Assembly (NCBI RefSeq): GCF_009914755.1
Contig: NC_060933.1
Reading direction: 5' to 3' (one strand)
Source: the human T2T-CHM13v2.0 reference genome, Homo sapiens
DNA length: 64,000 bases
The position numbers were made by a program, and so were the translations under genes. This document shows positions 61,923 through 64,000 of this stretch, in pieces; the stretch's first letter is position 1, and every line of letters starts with the position of its first letter. Below the pieces are notes generated by a model that was not told the DNA's origin, made no database searches, and saw nothing but the letters and a program-made list of their open reading frames with translations.

Positions 61923-64000
61923 TGTGTTAGTCTGTTTTCACACTGCTGATAAAGACATACTAGACACTGGGCAATTTGCAAAAGAAAGGGTTTAATTGGA
62001 TTCACAGTTCCATGTGGCTGGGGAGGCCTCACAATCATGGCAGAAGGCAAAGAGGACCAAGTCACATCTTACATGGATGGCGGCAGGCAAAGAGAGAGCT
62101 TGTGCAGAGGAACTCCTATTTTTAAAACCATCAGATCTTGTGAGACTCATTCACTATCATGAGAGCAGCACAGGAAAGACCCACCCCCATAATTCAGTCA
62201 CCTCCTACCGGGTTCCTCCCACGACACGTGGGAATTGTGGGAGTTACAGTTTAAGATGAGATTTGGGTGGGGACACAGCCAAACCATATCATTCCCCTGC
62301 TTGCCCCTCCCAAATCTCATGTCCTCACATTTCAAAACCAATCATGCCTTCTCACCAGTCACCCAAAGTCTTAACTCATTTCAGCATTAACTCAAAAGTC
62401 CACAGTCCAACATCTCATCTGAGACAAGGCAAGTCCTTTCTGCCTATAAGCCTGTAAAATCAAAAGCAAGTTAGTTACTTCCTAGATACAAAGGGAGTAC
62501 AGGCATTGGGTAAGTACAGCCATTCCAAGTGGCAGAAATTGGCCAAAACAAAGGGGCTATAGGCCCCATGCAGGGCAGTCAAATCTTAAAGTTCTAAAAT
62601 GATCTCCTTTGACTCCACATCTTGTATCTGGGTCATGCCGATGCAAAAGGTGGGTTCCCATGGTCTTGGGCAGCTGCACCTTTGTGGCTCTGCAGGGTAC
62701 AGGTGGCTCTGCAGGGTACAGCCTCCATCTTGGCTGCTTTCATGGGCTGGCATTGAGTGTCTGTGGCTTTTCCAGATGCACAGTGCGAGCTGTCAGTAGA
62801 TCTGTCATTCTGGGGTCTGGAGGTGGCCCTCTCCTCACAGCTCCACTAGGCGACGCCTCAGTAGAGACTCTGTGTGGCGGCTCTGACCCCACATTTCCCT
62901 TCCACGCTGCCCTAGCAGAGGTTCTCCATGAGGGCCCCACCCCTGCAGCAAACTTCTGCCTGGGCATCCAGGCATTTCCATACATCCTCTGAAATCTAGG
63001 TGGAGGTTCCCAAACCCCATTTCTTGACTTCTCTGTACCTGCAGGCTTAACACCATGTGGAAGCTGCCAAGGCTTGGGGCTTGTACCCTCTGAAGCCACA
63101 GCCCAAGCTCTACATTGGTCCCTTTCAGCCATGGCTGGAGCAGCTGAGATGCAGGGCACCAAGTCCCTAGGCTGCACAGAGCACGGGGATCCTGGGCCCT
63201 ACCCAGGAAACCATGTTTTCCTCCTACAATGGGAGGGGCTGCCATGAAGACCTCTGACATGCCCTGGAGACATTTTCCCCATTGTTTTGGGGATTAACAT
63301 TCGACTGCTTGTAACTTATGCAAATTTCTGCAGCTAGCTTGAATTTCTTCTCAAAAAATGGGATTTTCTTTTCTATCACATTGTCAGGCTACAAATTTTC
63401 CGAACTTTTGTGCTTTGCTTCCCTTATAAAACTGAATGCCTTTAATAGCACCCAAGTCACCTCTTGAATGTTTTGCTGCTTAGATATTTCTTTCACTGGG
63501 TACCCTAAATCATCTCTCTCAAGTTCAAAGTTCTACAGATCTCTAGGGCAGGGGCAAAATGCCACCAATCTCTTTGCTAAAACATAACAAGAGTCACTTT
63601 GCTCCAGTTCCCAACAGGTTCCTCATTTCCATCTGTGATCACCTCAGCCTGGACTTTATTGTTTGTGCCACTATCAGCATTTTGGTCAAAGCCATTCAAC
63701 CAGTCTCTAGGAAGTTCCAAACTTTCCCACATTTTCCTGACTTCTGAGCCCTCCAAACTGTTCCAACTCGTGCCTATTACCCAGTTCCAAAGTCACTTCC
63801 ACATTTTCAAGTATCTTTTCGGCAGCACCCCACTCTACTGGTACCAGTTTATTGTATTAATCTGTTTTCACACTGCTGATAAAGATATACCCGAGACTGG
63901 GCAAAAGAAAGAGGTTTAACTGGACTCACAGTTCCCCAGACCCACGTGGCTGGGGAGGCCTCACAATCATGGTGGAAGGCAAGGAGGAGCAAGTCACATC
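61923..64000 (-). mobile_element. THE1 (ERVL-MaLR; THE1B/C-like) provirus: 3' LTR 61923-62291, internal 62292-63852, 5' LTR from 63853 cut by the window end
   Basis: Two similar LTR copies starting TGT(G/A)TTA(G/A)TCTGTTTTCACACTGCTGATAAAGA; the left copy ends AAACCATATCA; typical THE1 internal sequence between them. Confidence 0.9.

Noticed and set aside
62599-63919. Several 100-145 aa ORFs
   Set aside because: They lie within the decayed THE1 internal region.

Overview
Primate (almost certainly human) genomic DNA lying inside the + strand TMEFF1 (tomoregulin-1) gene. Four coding exons with canonical AG/GT boundaries splice in frame: 16449-16558, 26686-26815, a 27-nt microexon at 30989-31015, and 34358-34454. 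They are probably exons 2-5 and encode the first follistatin/Kazal module, a Ser-Gly acidic linker and the start of the second module. The rest is repeat-rich intron: about 30 Alus, old L1/MIR/CR1 fragments, DNA transposons (MER20, MER30, MER58, a Tigger-type MITE) and LTRs (MLT2, MER21/MER77-like). The long last intron holds three larger elements. One is a full-length, sense-oriented L1PA2-like LINE-1 with intact ORF1 and antisense ORF0, a triply frameshifted ORF2 and an 18-bp TSD. The others are an antisense LTR12 (ERV9) solo LTR with a 4-bp TSD and an antisense THE1 MaLR provirus. I see no prokaryotic-type system and cannot demonstrate a new gene. The best leads are inferences: (1) a predicted 364-nt exon 2-5 circle with a 168-codon ORF that crosses the back-splice junction twice and starts at a strong-Kozak ATG in the microexon; (2) a candidate poison microexon after exon 2; (3) a stop codon in the exon 5 donor that could give a soluble isoform; (4) three retroelement promoters pointing antisense to TMEFF1. 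Subfamily calls are by eye, and repeat boundaries without TSDs are approximate.
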